Shown here: in pieces, positions 13,020 to 26,300 of the stretch | Position numbering within the stretch: the first letter of the stretch is position 1 | Layout: each line of letters opens with the position of its first letter | NCBI GenBank assembly: GCA_951406725.2 | Contig: OX597819.1 | Span: 35,092,001 to 35,156,000, forward strand | Origin: Octopus vulgaris | Taxonomy: Eukaryota | DNA length: 64,000 bases | Direction of reading: 5' to 3' | Notes under the pieces: generated by a model | Told to the model about the DNA's origin: nothing | Database searches by the model: none | What the model saw: only the letters and a program-made list of their open reading frames with translations | Translations under genes and position numbers: made by a program

Positions 13020-13094
13020 CTATGTACTAATTAGTTTCACTTGTTAATATTTACGTATAGGGATCCGTAAACATCTGCAAGATCATCAGCATAG
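13020..13094 (-). ncRNA. Type I hammerhead ribozyme with palindromic stem III
   Basis: Minus strand CUAUG-CUGAUGA-UCUUG..AUGUUUACG..CGUAAAUAU..CAAGU-GAAAC-UAAUUA-GUA^CAUAG; ACUAAUUAGU is self-complementary. Confidence 0.8.
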
Positions 13095-13120
13095 TCTGTT
13101 GTTTACAAAATACAATTTCC

Positions 13121-14599
13121 AGTCAATCTAGCTAAAACCAAAGTCCTAATAAGTAGGAAGGTAGACAAATCACAAACGCCTTCAGGTAGATGGCCCTGCT
13201 CGATCTGTAGAAAAGGCATAGGTAGAAACTCTATAAGATGCACCAAGTGTAAGCTATGGACACATAAGAGGTGCAGCACTGTCAAAGGAAGGCTAACTAG
13301 GAAGATGGTTTTTGTATGTGGCAGATGCTCAGGAACAATAAACACTGAAAATGCTCTGAGACCAACTTCTGTCACTTTCCAGGGAGAAAAACTAGAAATA
13401 GTTGATAGCTTCCATTACCTCGGTGACCAAGTCAGCAGCAGGGGCGGGTGTGCTGAAAGTGTAACTGCTAGAGTAAGAATAGCTTGGGCAAAGTTCAGCG
13501 AGCTCTTACCTCTGCTGGTGACAAAAGGCCTCTCGCTCAGAGTAAAAGGCAGACTGTATGATGCGTGTGTACGAACAGCCATGCTACATGGCAGTGAAAC
13601 ATGGGCCGTGACTGCTGAGGATATGCGTAAGCTCGCAAGAAATGAAGCCAGTATGCTCCGATGGATGTGTAATGTCAGTAATCATACTCGACAGAGTGTA
13701 AGTACCTTGAGAGAAAAGCTGGACCTAAGAAGCATCAGATGTGATGTGCAAGAGAGATGTTTGTGCTGGTATGGGCATGTGGCGAGAATGGATGAAGATA
13801 GTTGTGTGAAAAAGTGCCACACCCTAGCGGTTGAGGGAACCTGTGGAAGAGGCAGACCCAGGAAGACCTGGGACGAGGTGGTGAAGCACGACCTTTGAAC
13901 TTTAGGTCTCACTGAGGAAATGACTAGAGACCGAGACCTCTGGAAGTATGCTGTGAGTGAGAAGACCCGGCAAGACCAGTGAGACCATAACCCGTGGCCT
14001 TCTACATGGGATGTAGCCAGCCCACTTATGCATATCTTCTCTTCTTGGGACACAAAACTCTACTTGTGAAGACCTGTTGAGGCAAGTGAGAATCAGAATC
14101 AGAATCGAAATCGATCAAAGGAAATTGCAACTGAGTTACCAGTGCCGGTGGTACGTAAGAGAACCATCGGTACGTAAGAGAACCATCCGAACGTGGCCGT
14201 TACCAGCGCCACCCCGACTGGCCTCGTGCCGGTGGCACATAAAAAGCACCATCTGTTCGTGGCCATTGCCAGCGCCGCCCCGACTGGCCTCGTGCCGGTG
14301 GCACGTAAAAAGCACCATCCGTTTATGGCTGTTGCCAGCCTCACCTGGCCCCATGCTGGTGGCACATAAAAAGCACCATCCGATCGTGGCCGTTTGCCAG
14401 ACTCGTCTAGCACCTGTGCCGGTGGCACATAAAAAGCACCCACTACACTCATGGAGTGGTTGGCGTTAGGAAGGGCATCCAGCCGCAGAAACATTGCCAG
14501 ATCAAACTGGGCCTGGTGCAGCCTTCTGGCTTCCCAGACCCCAGTTGAACCGTCCAACCCATGCTAGCATGGAAAGCGGACGCTAAACGATGATGATGA
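13121..14599 (+). mobile_element. RTE LINE, 5'-truncated, nested in the Penelope-like element
   Basis: ORF 13305-13898 is RT C-terminal region closely similar to 1952-2820; tandem ~60-bp units in 3' UTR; (GAT)n tail. Confidence 0.9.
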
Positions 14600-15003
14600 G
14601 ATATAGAATGCTCGACCGAAATCCAGTATGCATACAGTTCTACAAATTACATTTATGTGTATCTTTCAAATGCCTTCACTTTGGTGCACTGAGATCAGAA
14701 ATTACTCTGCAGTTAATAAACTACAGTAGTTAATTTACCGGCTAGAGAACATCTTTTTTCTATTTAAAATTAAATAAGGGTAGAAATTGATATTAATCAA
14801 TTATAAACCAGTGGCCTAGCATATTTTTTTTAAAATCTGAAGATTAAAAATTTTTTACCTACAAAATTTAGAGGACTGACCACTAAAAGTGGACAGCCTG
14901 TATGCTAGATATAGACGTCAAGATTGGAAATTGACGATTTTGACATCTGTATCTAGCATACAGGCTGTCCACTTTTAGTGGTCAGTCCTCTAAATTTTGT
15001 ATG

Positions 15004-15074
<71 letters not shown>

Positions 15075-15701
15075 GTATATATATATACTCATACATATGC
15101 ATACCTGGTCATGTACATCCATGCATGGACATACATATGTAGGCATATGTTTGTTTCATTTTCTTAGATCGATGAAATCATTTTATTGATTGTAACATGT
15201 ATGCCTCTTTGTGAGTGTGTGTGTGTGTATGAAATGGATAAATATAATTTACAATAAGAATTTAACTTCATTTTCCTTCAAAAACTGTTGACTTCAAAGG
15301 TCACTACAGCTTGCCTGCAGTTAAGCTACCTCCGACTGCCACTCACTGCCAATCCACAGACACACAAACACACATATATATATATGACGGGCTTCTTTCA
15401 GTTTCCATCTACCAAATCCACTCACTTCTTTCAGTTTCCATCTACCAAATCCATTCACGAAACCCGGAACCATGTGGTTGGTAAGCAAGCTATTTGCTTA
15501 CCAACCACATGGTAGGTACTAATCACACAGATTTAGACAGTGTTGCTTATGTTTTACAAGTGTTTATCACTATAATCTAAAGACTTACAAATGTCTCTCT
15601 ATGGCTACCTCATTTGTCATTTCATCAACTGAAAGTCCATAGTGATGGAAGAATGGTGTTGTGATGCATGTAGACCTAACCAGTTGGAAGCACACAGAAA
15701 G

Positions 15702-16114
15702 TTTCGGTTTGAATGGCAGTTTTTTCTAGCGGTGTCATATGAAATTGTCACCCATAATTATGACCCTAGTATCGATCTATTGCATTTCAATCTGTTTTAG
15801 GGTTAGGGTTAGGGATGGGGTAAGGGTATCTTTTTTTCTTCACAAATGTAAATAAACCCAATCTGTTTCTTAAACGAGGGACATATTCATACAGCACAGA
15901 ATGTTTTTTTACCTCAACAGACGTCACTGATTGGTTGAAATTGCCGAAATTGAAGAAAAACAACGACAAATATCTTACAAACCATAGAATTTTCTCAATA
16001 AAGCCAAGAGAAAAAGATGTTCTATAAACACATTCTACCAGTATACGAAGTTTAAAATTGTTTAGTTACGTGGAAATTACTTTTAAAAAACTGCCGTTCA
16101 AACCGAAAAGATCC
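15702..16114 (+). mobile_element. Merlin-like MITE copy, left TIR tip missing
   Basis: Near-identical to 25446-25862; (TTAGGG)3 at 15797-15814. Confidence 0.85.
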
Positions 16115-16998
16115 CCTTTAATTTCTATTATATTCTACTGGACCTTCATAGCCATTCGATGTATATAAAATAAAAACACCCTACTGTATTTCTATAATTA
16201 AATATGAATTATTTTAAAATAAAAAATTAAAATATTTTGTGTATTGTGGAAGTATAAGCAATTTATTGTAAATAAATTTTAACAACAAAATCTTATATGG
16301 GTCCCAAGGTCATATAGGTTGAGGGACACTGGATTAGGCGATTTAAAAATTACGCTAGTCCACACTTAACTATAAATTTTTGATGCAGAAGACATCCTTG
16401 GGAAATTAGCCAACGTAATTAATTAGCTCGATACAGCAAGCACTATTAAGAATTGAAACAAAAATCTAGAGGGCAATTAAACTCCCCGGAGCCAACAAAT
16501 TACATATTAATAACATGTTGGACGAGACAGTGGAGCGGATAAAGTAAGCATAGGTCAAGAGTTCAAATCCGTTATTGGCGTTTCATTCAATGTGTTTCAA
16601 GACAAAACGCTATTTTATTCGTTACATCTGTTCATCTGTTTGTCGTGGATAGGTAGCAAGCCATCGAGTATTGTACAGTCTCAGTCCAGCCCTGTTCACT
16701 TTCTGGTTCTGATTGCGATATATTTTGTAGGAGAGCCACGTTAAATTCATCACAAAACACATGACATCCATTGTGAATGTTTTCCGAGGCAACAAGGAAT
16801 TCCTCACCAATAAGCTGGCTCTAATCAATCCACTTTACCTTTCCAGAGACTAGCTCGAACTATTTGAATTAATCGACATATTTTTTCCTTACTTAATTTT
16901 TATATATTTATTTTTAAAATTACGAGTCAAAAGTTCTAACAGCTATTGTCGTATAATTTATATCTCAGAAAACTTTCCCGAAACCTGCTCCGTGGGTG

Positions 16999-17006
16999 TG
17001 ACGTCA
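16999..17006. promoter_or_regulatory. Full palindromic CRE (TGACGTCA) in the GDPD1 proximal promoter
   Basis: Exact CREB/ATF consensus 40 nt upstream of the GDPD1 ATG, in a locally GC-richer patch. Confidence 0.5.
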
Positions 17007-17045
17007 GAGTTTGTTGCCTTCATATTCATCGTGATTCCTTCAGAT

Positions 17046-17169
17046 ATGGTGTTCGGATTACTTGTTGGCGGCTATGTCTTTACCTCGTTGTTGCTTCTTA
17101 AATACCCGAATTTATTACACAAAAAGAAACGAATTAAGTTTACTGCACGTCATATTAGCCATAGAGGCG
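17046..17169 (+). CDS. GDPD1: GDPD1 exon 1
   Basis: [41 protein letters not shown]+G; donor GTAAGT at 17170, phase 1. Confidence 0.95.
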
Positions 17170-20100
17170 GTAAGTTAGCTGTTTGCTTGTAAAGTTTTGC
17201 ATTTTACGTACTGTGTATTGCCGATAAATTACATAATATTTAGTTACCCACACGCAGCATTGTTTACACGCACACACACACACACGTGTGTGTGCGTATG
17301 TGTAGGGTAATCGTTTATTGATCAAACAATTCCACCAGCACAAATATAAGTCCTGTCGCTCGACCAGCTAAAAATAGCAGCCAAATCGCTTTAACTAGAC
17401 ATACTACTGTCTTGAAAGGGAAAGACTTGAGAGATAATGCTGGGTCTAGATTCACCGCAAAAAAGACAGAAATGTCACAGCTGGAATACATTTGATCATG
17501 GGCCTATTGAATCGGAACTGATTTGAGTGCTTAAAAAAATTACTGATTCATTTTTTTTTCTTACATTTTCTTACGGTTTACTTTTTTGTAGATTATGTTC
17601 GTTTTCACTGAATCATTGCTTAATAAATGGAAATTTCCTCATTAATAACACATATATTATTTTAAATGTTGTTACGATCGAATAGTAGCAGATTGACAGA
17701 CTAAATAACTCCGTTTAAAGCTAGTATACAAGTATACTAGTTGTAAAATTAGAACAAGAAAAAATTTCAGAATAGATGAATGAAGTGGCAAAATCAAAAA
17801 ATTTCCTTCAAATTGCAACATTTTCTGTTATTAATTTAGTTCCTGTTTTTGCAAATTAAAAACTATGGACAACGAATTTCCTTTACAAAATGAAAATTAA
17901 AAGTCCAACCTTTATAATAATTTTTTTTTTTTACTACCAGAATAGTTTGTTTACATTCATTACTAATTGTTTCTTTTTTTACGTACATCGCTATTTCAAT
18001 TCGACCCTGACAGACACCGATATTAGTTCTGTTCTTTCGCATTCACATCATTGTTTGAAATCATCGATTAAACAGATTTAGACAAAGACGAGACAAGTCA
18101 ATTAGTTCATTCTAACGATCGTAATTATATATAAATTTCTCTATGTAGCCTTCATTGCAGGTAATTTTTATACGAACCAACTAGAAATAACAGCCAAATC
18201 TTTCCCCCGAAATCATACTTTACCATCTTATATAAGAAAAGGGCTCATTAAATAAGATAGCTGTACATAGCTTTATAAAAATAAAAAGTTAAAAGGAAAA
18301 AACAGGATTCTTGATCAAGGGCTGAACAAGAGAAAAATGTGGTGCGATAAATGCGGATTGTGTTGAGAATTTTCAAATAGAGACTTGGAGGTGTTTACCA
18401 GTTCTTCAATTGGAAAAAACAGTACATTTGCATTGAATTTCTTTACTATTAATTATACATCGTAGTTTAGAGAATGGTCTAGAAAAGTGCCGCAGGTGGA
18501 TTCCGCAAATGTTTTCTAGGAATTCCGCGATAATAATTTTGGGAGTTCTTTTAATCGCATTTAATAAAAAAATTATTTTATAAAAACAAATGGCAATAGC
18601 CATTTTCAAAATACTAAATTGTTTTTGTTTTTTTTTTTTTGCAATAAATAAATTCTCTCAAAGAGTTTTGTTTCGTTTAAAGTTATATTAAAATTAAATT
18701 AGTAGGGCTCGACCATAAATATATATTTAAAGATTTTGTAATCTTTGGAAAATCGTATAAGGTTTTTCGTAGTGGAATAAGTTTGAAAACCATTGATATA
18801 CAAGCTTCTTGATTTGTATTGTTTAAAATTCTTTAATCACTGATTTCAAGCTATAATGTAGCAGAAAATAGAATTAATATCGATCGATGTCTGGCTGGAA
18901 ACATGAAGTGCTTTCATTGTTGTCATAGTTGTTTGAATTACGGCCGTTTTTTCACCCCTGCCTCGAAAATACAATGATTGTTTTTGTTTTTTTCTTTATG
19001 CTGGGTCTTAATTTGATAGTTATTTCGTTCTATGAACACTTATTAGTTCTTAGTGATAAACGTTTTCATGTCATCTGTTTAGAAGGACTTTGTTCGAAAC
19101 TCCCCTCATAGCAACCAGCATTACTTTACTATATGTTAATGTTTACGTTACAAACAGAGCGTTAACATCAACAGAACTGTACATTTATCAATATTTATGT
19201 TTCTCCTTTATTTCATTTCTGTTGCCATTTTATTATATCAGTGGTGCATATAACACAGAAACACACGCACTATGCGTGTGTGTGTTAGTATGTATGTGCG
19301 CGCACGCGTCCGCCAATTTTTTTTTTAAATCGGGAATTCCTTCGATATAACTCGACAAGATTTGACATTTCAGTTTGGGCACCATCCGAAAGATGTTTCT
19401 TGTAAAATACACTAAAAAAACACTTTTTTTAAAAGTTATGAGAAAAAAAAAATCCACTCGTGTGAATTATCCGAAACTCCTCTCCCCGCCTCTGAATCTT
19501 TTTTTTTTAAATAACAAATTCCAATAAAATAGTAGTCTACACCACCTAAAAGGTATTGATGGAAAATTTCGTTATAAAATACCCATTGACAGCATGTTAC
19601 GAGGGAACAAAGTCAGGATAGGGGTGGGTACACTTGTGTAGGTATGCCTATCATGTCTTATCGTATATCAATATATTTACACTCATCCGAATACATTAGA
19701 TTTCTTGCTTGGTAAGCAACGTAATTTTTCTTAACTGTCTAGTAAACGGTACTTTTATTGGGACATAACACATGTCTATATGATACATATATAATACAGA
19801 ACCACATTAAAAATCCAAATTCGGAAGGGAAAAAAAAAAAGGAAAACAAAAAAGAAAGAACTGGGAAGTAGTTATGGAAAACGTCACAATTTCATTTGGC
19901 TTTCCTAATTTATCGAAATAAATAAATGTTATAAATTGTTTTAGAAATAAGATAATAGATAAGTTGTATTTCCCCTCTGGCCGAGCTTTCTCCTATCGTA
20001 TAGAACCCTACAGTTTGTGTAATTGTAAGGAATTTTATCAAGATGAAGCATAAAATACATGGAAGGTGGGACAGAAAATTTTTTTTTAAAGTTATCTTTT

Positions 20101-22178
20101 GCAGTCGAAACTTCCGATGTTTGAAATAGAAATTCGAAGACTTGTTTTGAATAAATAAACATCAGGTGATGTGATTCACTTATTTTGAAACATTTCTTCA
20201 TTCGTTTCAGTATTTCAGAGATGTCTCACGTTTAATTAGAGGAGTACTTTTGATTTTTATCTCACATTTTCTCTTAGTGCATACTTTCTCTTTTCAAGAT
20301 GCTATAAATCTTGTAATATTAAATTTCAATATGTAATATTCTAATTTTAGTTCAATGTTGAATAATGTATTAGGTAAAGATCCATGTATTATTACTTAAT
20401 ATATATATATATAAACTATAATAAACTTAATGTATAGTCATATGCATTTTAACTATTTAATGCAATGAATAATAAACAGATTTGAAGCTAACTGGAATTA
20501 GATGGAAGTTCTCCGGTATTTTCTTTCATGTAAATAAATGTTTGTTAATTTTAAAAAGAACTATAGAAAAAAACTAGCAGAGATACCAGGCGTTGCCTGT
20601 GTTACATGCAATTGAAGAATTAGACTTTTCTGTTATATTTTCTCTAATGAACTGGAATACCTATGATTCGAATTTCATCAAAATTGCAGATGAAGGTTCT
20701 TTCCCTCTTTACACACCCTAAAAAAATTCTAATCATGACACATGTATCCCATACTACTGATCTTTATGTGCAGCTTCCAAAATTCCAGTCTTATGGAACC
20801 TTTAGAAGGATTTTGCTCCTGAAAAATGGAGGTCATGGAGCTCTAAAATTTGGTAGTTAAGGCCCCCAATTGGGGGTGGGTGTCTTAATGTCAACCAGAG
20901 AAATTGAATTGTTGAGAATCTTTTTAACTTGGGTCTTATGTGTATTGTTCGAATTTATTTGAATTAGGAAATATATGTATGTTCACTGGGTTTGTAAAAG
21001 AGAGCAAAGCTACAGGAAGCCAAAAGACGAATGATCACAATAAGCAGTCAGCTATCCTACCCTAGTTGTTACTACTCCCTGATGTAGGCATTCCTCACCA
21101 TACAGGTGACAGGCACAGCCGTAAGATGCATTATGGATCTATAGCAATTGGAAGGGCATGACCCAACTCAAACATTAACAACTGTGTGACGTGAGGGCAA
21201 AGGGGAAATGAAAGTGTCACCTCTGGAGTTTCCAAATGACCACTATACTGATAGGTAACTGGACAGAATAAATTTACAATCTATAAATGTCTTTCAATAA
21301 CCAGTCACTCATCTTCATCTGGGAAGGCCTTGAAATCAATGTTACCATTGGGGGACTATGTGTGACCCAGTGATAATAAAAAGACTAAAAGGAGGTCTGC
21401 AACCAAATAACTTTATTGAACACTTTGCAACTGAATCTCATTTACTTGACAATTTATGCACCACATTGCAGAAATCACAATCTAAGTGTATGTCAAAGCA
21501 AACTCTTACACTGTTGTACCATTGAATTACAAATAATGCTCATCTTTTATACTAAGGTGACCCTACAGCTTCCAAGAGTACAACTGTATTCATCTTTGCT
21601 TAGATAAAATGACTAAATTGTGGGTGTTAAGTCTCCATGAAGGGGTCTTTCTGACTTCTAAGAAGATGAAATTTTAGAAATATTACTTCATTTGTGTCTA
21701 ATATCTACTTTTAAAATTTCATCAAATTTTCATGGAGGTTATGGCCCTTATGCATAGAATATAATTTCCAAATTTCATAAAGATTCATTCAGTACTTTTG
21801 ACCCAGTTTTAGATCATAAAAAATGACTAAAATTTGGGAGTTAAGACCCCTATTAGGGGGTCTTAGAATCCTCATGAGAAGTGGAAACTTTGAGAATACT
21901 TCTTGATGTGTGTCAGTTACCCATGTTTGAAATTTCATCAACATCGAAAAGTTATGAATTTTCATAGCGGTTCTGCCCCCTTTAAGCCATCGCAAATTCA
22001 AACCAAACCTACTGCATTTATACCTGCCCTTATGCATTGAATCTAAGTTCCACATTTCATTAGGATCAGTGCAGTAGTTTTTGAATGCATTTACAAATAC
22101 ACATAAAGACATTGACTTTTATATAATAAATATGAATATGCACATATACTTACATGTATGTGTGTGTGTGTGTATTAG

Positions 22179-22237
<59 letters not shown>

Positions 22238-23323
22238 AAACGATAGATTGATAGATACAACTGAGTGGGCAAACAAAAATATGAGACACTGCCTAGTGCT
22301 TCTTTTTATATTTTGATAAACTTGGTACTTATTCTATCTGTTTCTTCTTGTCAAATCAGTAAGTTATGGGGATGTAAATCAACGAACAGTAGTTATGAAG
22401 CAGTGATGAGGTAGAAACACAGAGACAAAGACACACACATACACTTACATAAATACATATACGATTGATTTCTTTCAGTTTCTGTCTACAAAATCCACTT
22501 GCAAGACTTTGGTTGGTCTGAGGCTATAGCAGAAGACACATTCCAAGTCACCACACAGTGGTACTGAACCCAGGACCCATGTGTTTTGGAACCAAGTTTC
22601 TTATCACACAGCCACACCTGCACCTATGTATGTGTGTGTATGGGTGTATATATGTATGCATGTATATATGTGTATATGTTTGTGTACATATTACATGTAC
22701 ATCTCTCTCTCTCTCTCTCTGTATACATATACATTTATATATATATATATATATATATATACATCTACACATATACATGTATACATATACATTTATATCT
22801 ATATATATATATATATACAGCAATATCTATAAAGCTGAAATGCGAAAAAGTTGTTTGATTTCTTGGTTATTTGTCTCATTTTGGGATGGGAACAGTTTAA
22901 GGGGTGGTAGATGGGGTCGGATTGGCACCAAAATTTACACTGGGGGGGTAAAATGGGGTGGGCAATGGTGTGAGGAGGGTTACAAGTCACTTGGGGCTAC
23001 CGTTTGGTTGCCATGGTGAGGAATATGGGAAAAATTGTGTTTTATGGAATAGACAGGTTGCACTGTTTGAATAATAGTGGCTTTTCATGTTGCTGCAGGG
23101 GCTAGAGGCAGTAAAAATTTGGAGGATTTTGGAAAGTGGGGTAAAGAAGAGGGCAATAAAAAGAACCAGGCAAAGAAGATGAACAAAAGAAGAAAGGGAA
23201 AAGGAGACAACACGCACAAAACAACACCACCACCAAAACCCGAGTGAAGCACAAATCAAAATAGCTAGTCTATATACATCTATATATATATATACATGTA
23301 TATATATATATATATATACATCT

Positions 23324-23359
<36 letters not shown>

Positions 23360-26300
23360 GCATATATACATCTGCATATATACATTTGTGCAGATGTATG
23401 TGTATATATATATGATGATGATGATATATATATATAATATATAATATAAAATATGTATGTATGCCTGTATATATGTGAGATAATAGTTTCACTTTAATAG
23501 ATTCAGTATTAAAGTGAAAATATCTGACATTACAATAGAGATGTTATTGTTTCACTTTTGACACCTAATACTGAAATAGTGGAGGAGATATGATATTGCT
23601 GTGGGCTCGCACTAGGCAAGAAGTTAAAAATTTTTTTGGCCTATGACACTACATGGACTCTAAGTAAGGCATGTGTAAAATTTGAATGAAATTGGTTGTG
23701 TAGTTCTCAAGTTTTAAGGATTCACACAGACAGACACACACATATTCTCATCTTTATATATATATAGATTAACTCTGGTAAATTCAATTAAGCTTAGGTG
23801 ATCCATCGCTGTCTTTCAATTTCTGTGATGTAAAATATCCCAACTTAATACTACTACTTCTGTAACCTGTGATCGAATGCTAAGCTAACCAATAAAACCA
23901 AAAACTAAAGTAATAAAATTTATTCAGTTATTATGAAAATATAGTTGTTTTTATAGAGCTAAGTAAACTAAGACAAATTATTCGCGTGAACCTTTCTTTC
24001 AGTTTTGTCACAGCTTGTAGCAAGCTTAAATGTTTCTTAAGTGAATGACATCAATAGTAACTTTAAGAAACGAAGACAGTATTATTATAGCTTTAATCGA
24101 CTATTAGCTGTATTAATTTTAAACACACCAAGGACATTTTTGGCCTATACTCGACCACTATCATTTCCAGCAAATCGAAGCAATTTTATATTTTGAATCA
24201 GAAAATAAACAATCACAGAACATTGTTCACGATTTATTAAAGGCATTTGCTGTTCCTTAATTTAAAATTTGTTTGATTTGTACAGTGGTCGAACTTCACA
24301 CCAAAATGTCTTTAATCTGGTTAAAATTATTACTACTGTTTGTTTAAACCTGTTATTGCTTAAGAATTATTGATTATTGTTGTTATTCATTTATGGAATT
24401 AAAGAACAAATTAAAGAAAAATATTAATCGAATAATTTCTATTATTTGACGCGAACGGAATCTTTGTGCCAGTGGTTCCCAACTATTTCCTTTTAATTCA
24501 TGTACCTATTTGATTCCTTTTTTTTACTCGCGTGGACCCACATGGCCAACCAGTGTTTCAAAACGATCACATATTTTTATAATTAATTATTATTAGGAAT
24601 CGTATGAAAATATTTTGCATAACCAATTTATTGCACATAGAATTTTAACAGCAAAATTTTATGCAGACTCAAGGGTTATATGGACCCTGGTTGAGGGCCA
24701 CTACTCTATGCGGTCGCTCGGTTGACAAGAATGTGTCGCCAAATCTTCTTAATTAATGACACACTCCCTACCACCACCTTAAACTAGAACTTCGAAAACA
24801 TTTTAAACAGTCTTATGCAATCACACCCACCCAACTTTAAACAACATACAAAAGAAAACCTTAACTCTATCCAAAAATATCCTCTTATGATAAACAATTT
24901 GGCCGAAGCACAGCAAAGTAAAAGAGAAACTGCTATTAGCTAGTTTCACTCCTAAGTGGCACGTTACAATCGCAGGTGATCGTCACACTCACGCACACGT
25001 TCGTTTGGATAGAATATCATCATTCGATTTGTGTTAGAACTACCGTACCTTCTTTGTCATTGTATATCATTATATCATATTTTGGGGGGAAATTTGTTTG
25101 CTATATTAAGCTTATATCAAGCTTTAAAAAACCTTTGCCGGCATTTCTTTTGATAAGTGACAACTCCGAAGGGAGGGATTGCTCTATTCAAGTTATACAT
25201 CTCTTTTTTTTTTTATTGAAAAACAAAAAATGGTATTGTTTGCATAAATTGGACACAGAGTTAGTAATATATACTGTCTATTTCTTATATTGTTTTCCTC
25301 GGTGATTTCGACAATAATTCTTCAAGCTGTTTGAGCAATAGCTGTATTTAACATTATAGGATATCCTTATGCACAATGAGCATGACAGTATGTGTGAGAT
25401 ATCTGGCCCTTTTAAATCACATGTACAATCCACCTGACAGGCATGGGATCTTTTCGGTTTGAACGGCAGTTTTTTTCCTAGCGGTGTCATATGAAATTGT
25501 CACCCATAATTATGACCCTAGTATCGATCTATTGCATTTCAATCTGTTTTAGGGTTAGGGTTTGGGGTGGGAGGAAGGGTATCTTTTCTTCTTCAGAAAT
25601 GTAAATAAACCCAATCTGTTTCTTAAACGAGGGACATAATCATACGGCACAGAATGTTTTCACCTCAATAGACGCCATTGATTGGTTGAAATTGCAGAAA
25701 TTGAAGAAAAAAACAACAAATATCTTACAAACTATAGAATTTTCTCAATAAAGCCAAGAGAAAAAGATGTTTTATAAACACATTCTACCAGTATACGAAG
25801 TTTAAAATTTTTTAGTTACCTAGAAATTATGTTAAAAACTGCCGTTCAAACCGAAAAGATCCCAGGCATGTGAAGACCATGGCCAGAGCTTCAGCCATCA
25901 GACCATTAAAAAATAAAAAGACTGCGGCATGGAAAATACAGGTTAGCCATGCAGAAACACACAAATACTGTTAACTTCACTTAAATATTTATTGTTTGTA
26001 ATACAGTGTTGTTCGAAACTGCAACCTGGTCACTGGCAAAAGTTGTGCTGCATAAAAATAAACACACATCGCAAAAAAAAGTATCTTATTTTACCCAAAT
26101 GGCTTAGGTTGACCCAACTGAAAAGCTCTCACTTATTTCCTATAAAGGAAATTTATAGACATTTAAATTTTATTGCTTACTATTTTATTACAAAAAGTTG
26201 TAATAAATACGTCTTAATAATAAATCATATTTTTCTTTTACGCTGTTTTTATTGAAAGAGTTGTTGCTATATTTTCTTTGGGATTAGGTTGATGCTCTGC

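Larger units (their letters stand above)
12756..15001 (-). mobile_element. Non-autonomous Penelope-like / retrozyme-like element interrupted by an RTE LINE
   Basis: 156-bp direct repeat (12756-12911, 14765-14921), 62-bp inverted repeat (14860-14921 / 14940-15001), hammerhead at 13020-13094, (TA)n flanks. Confidence 0.7.

Noticed and set aside
14135-14445. CRISPR-like periodic GTGGCACRTAAAAAGCACC repeats
   Set aside because: The 'spacers' resemble each other, the array is inside an RTE 3' UTR found in many copies, the DNA is eukaryotic and there are no cas genes
16622-16828. 68-aa minus-strand ORF next to the GDPD1 promoter
   Set aside because: No recognisable domain, non-ATG start and no linked exons found
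16992-17045. N-terminal extension of GDPD1 in the ORF track (MGVTSEF...)
   Set aside because: Starts at GTG overlapping the CRE; family similarity begins at the ATG at 17046
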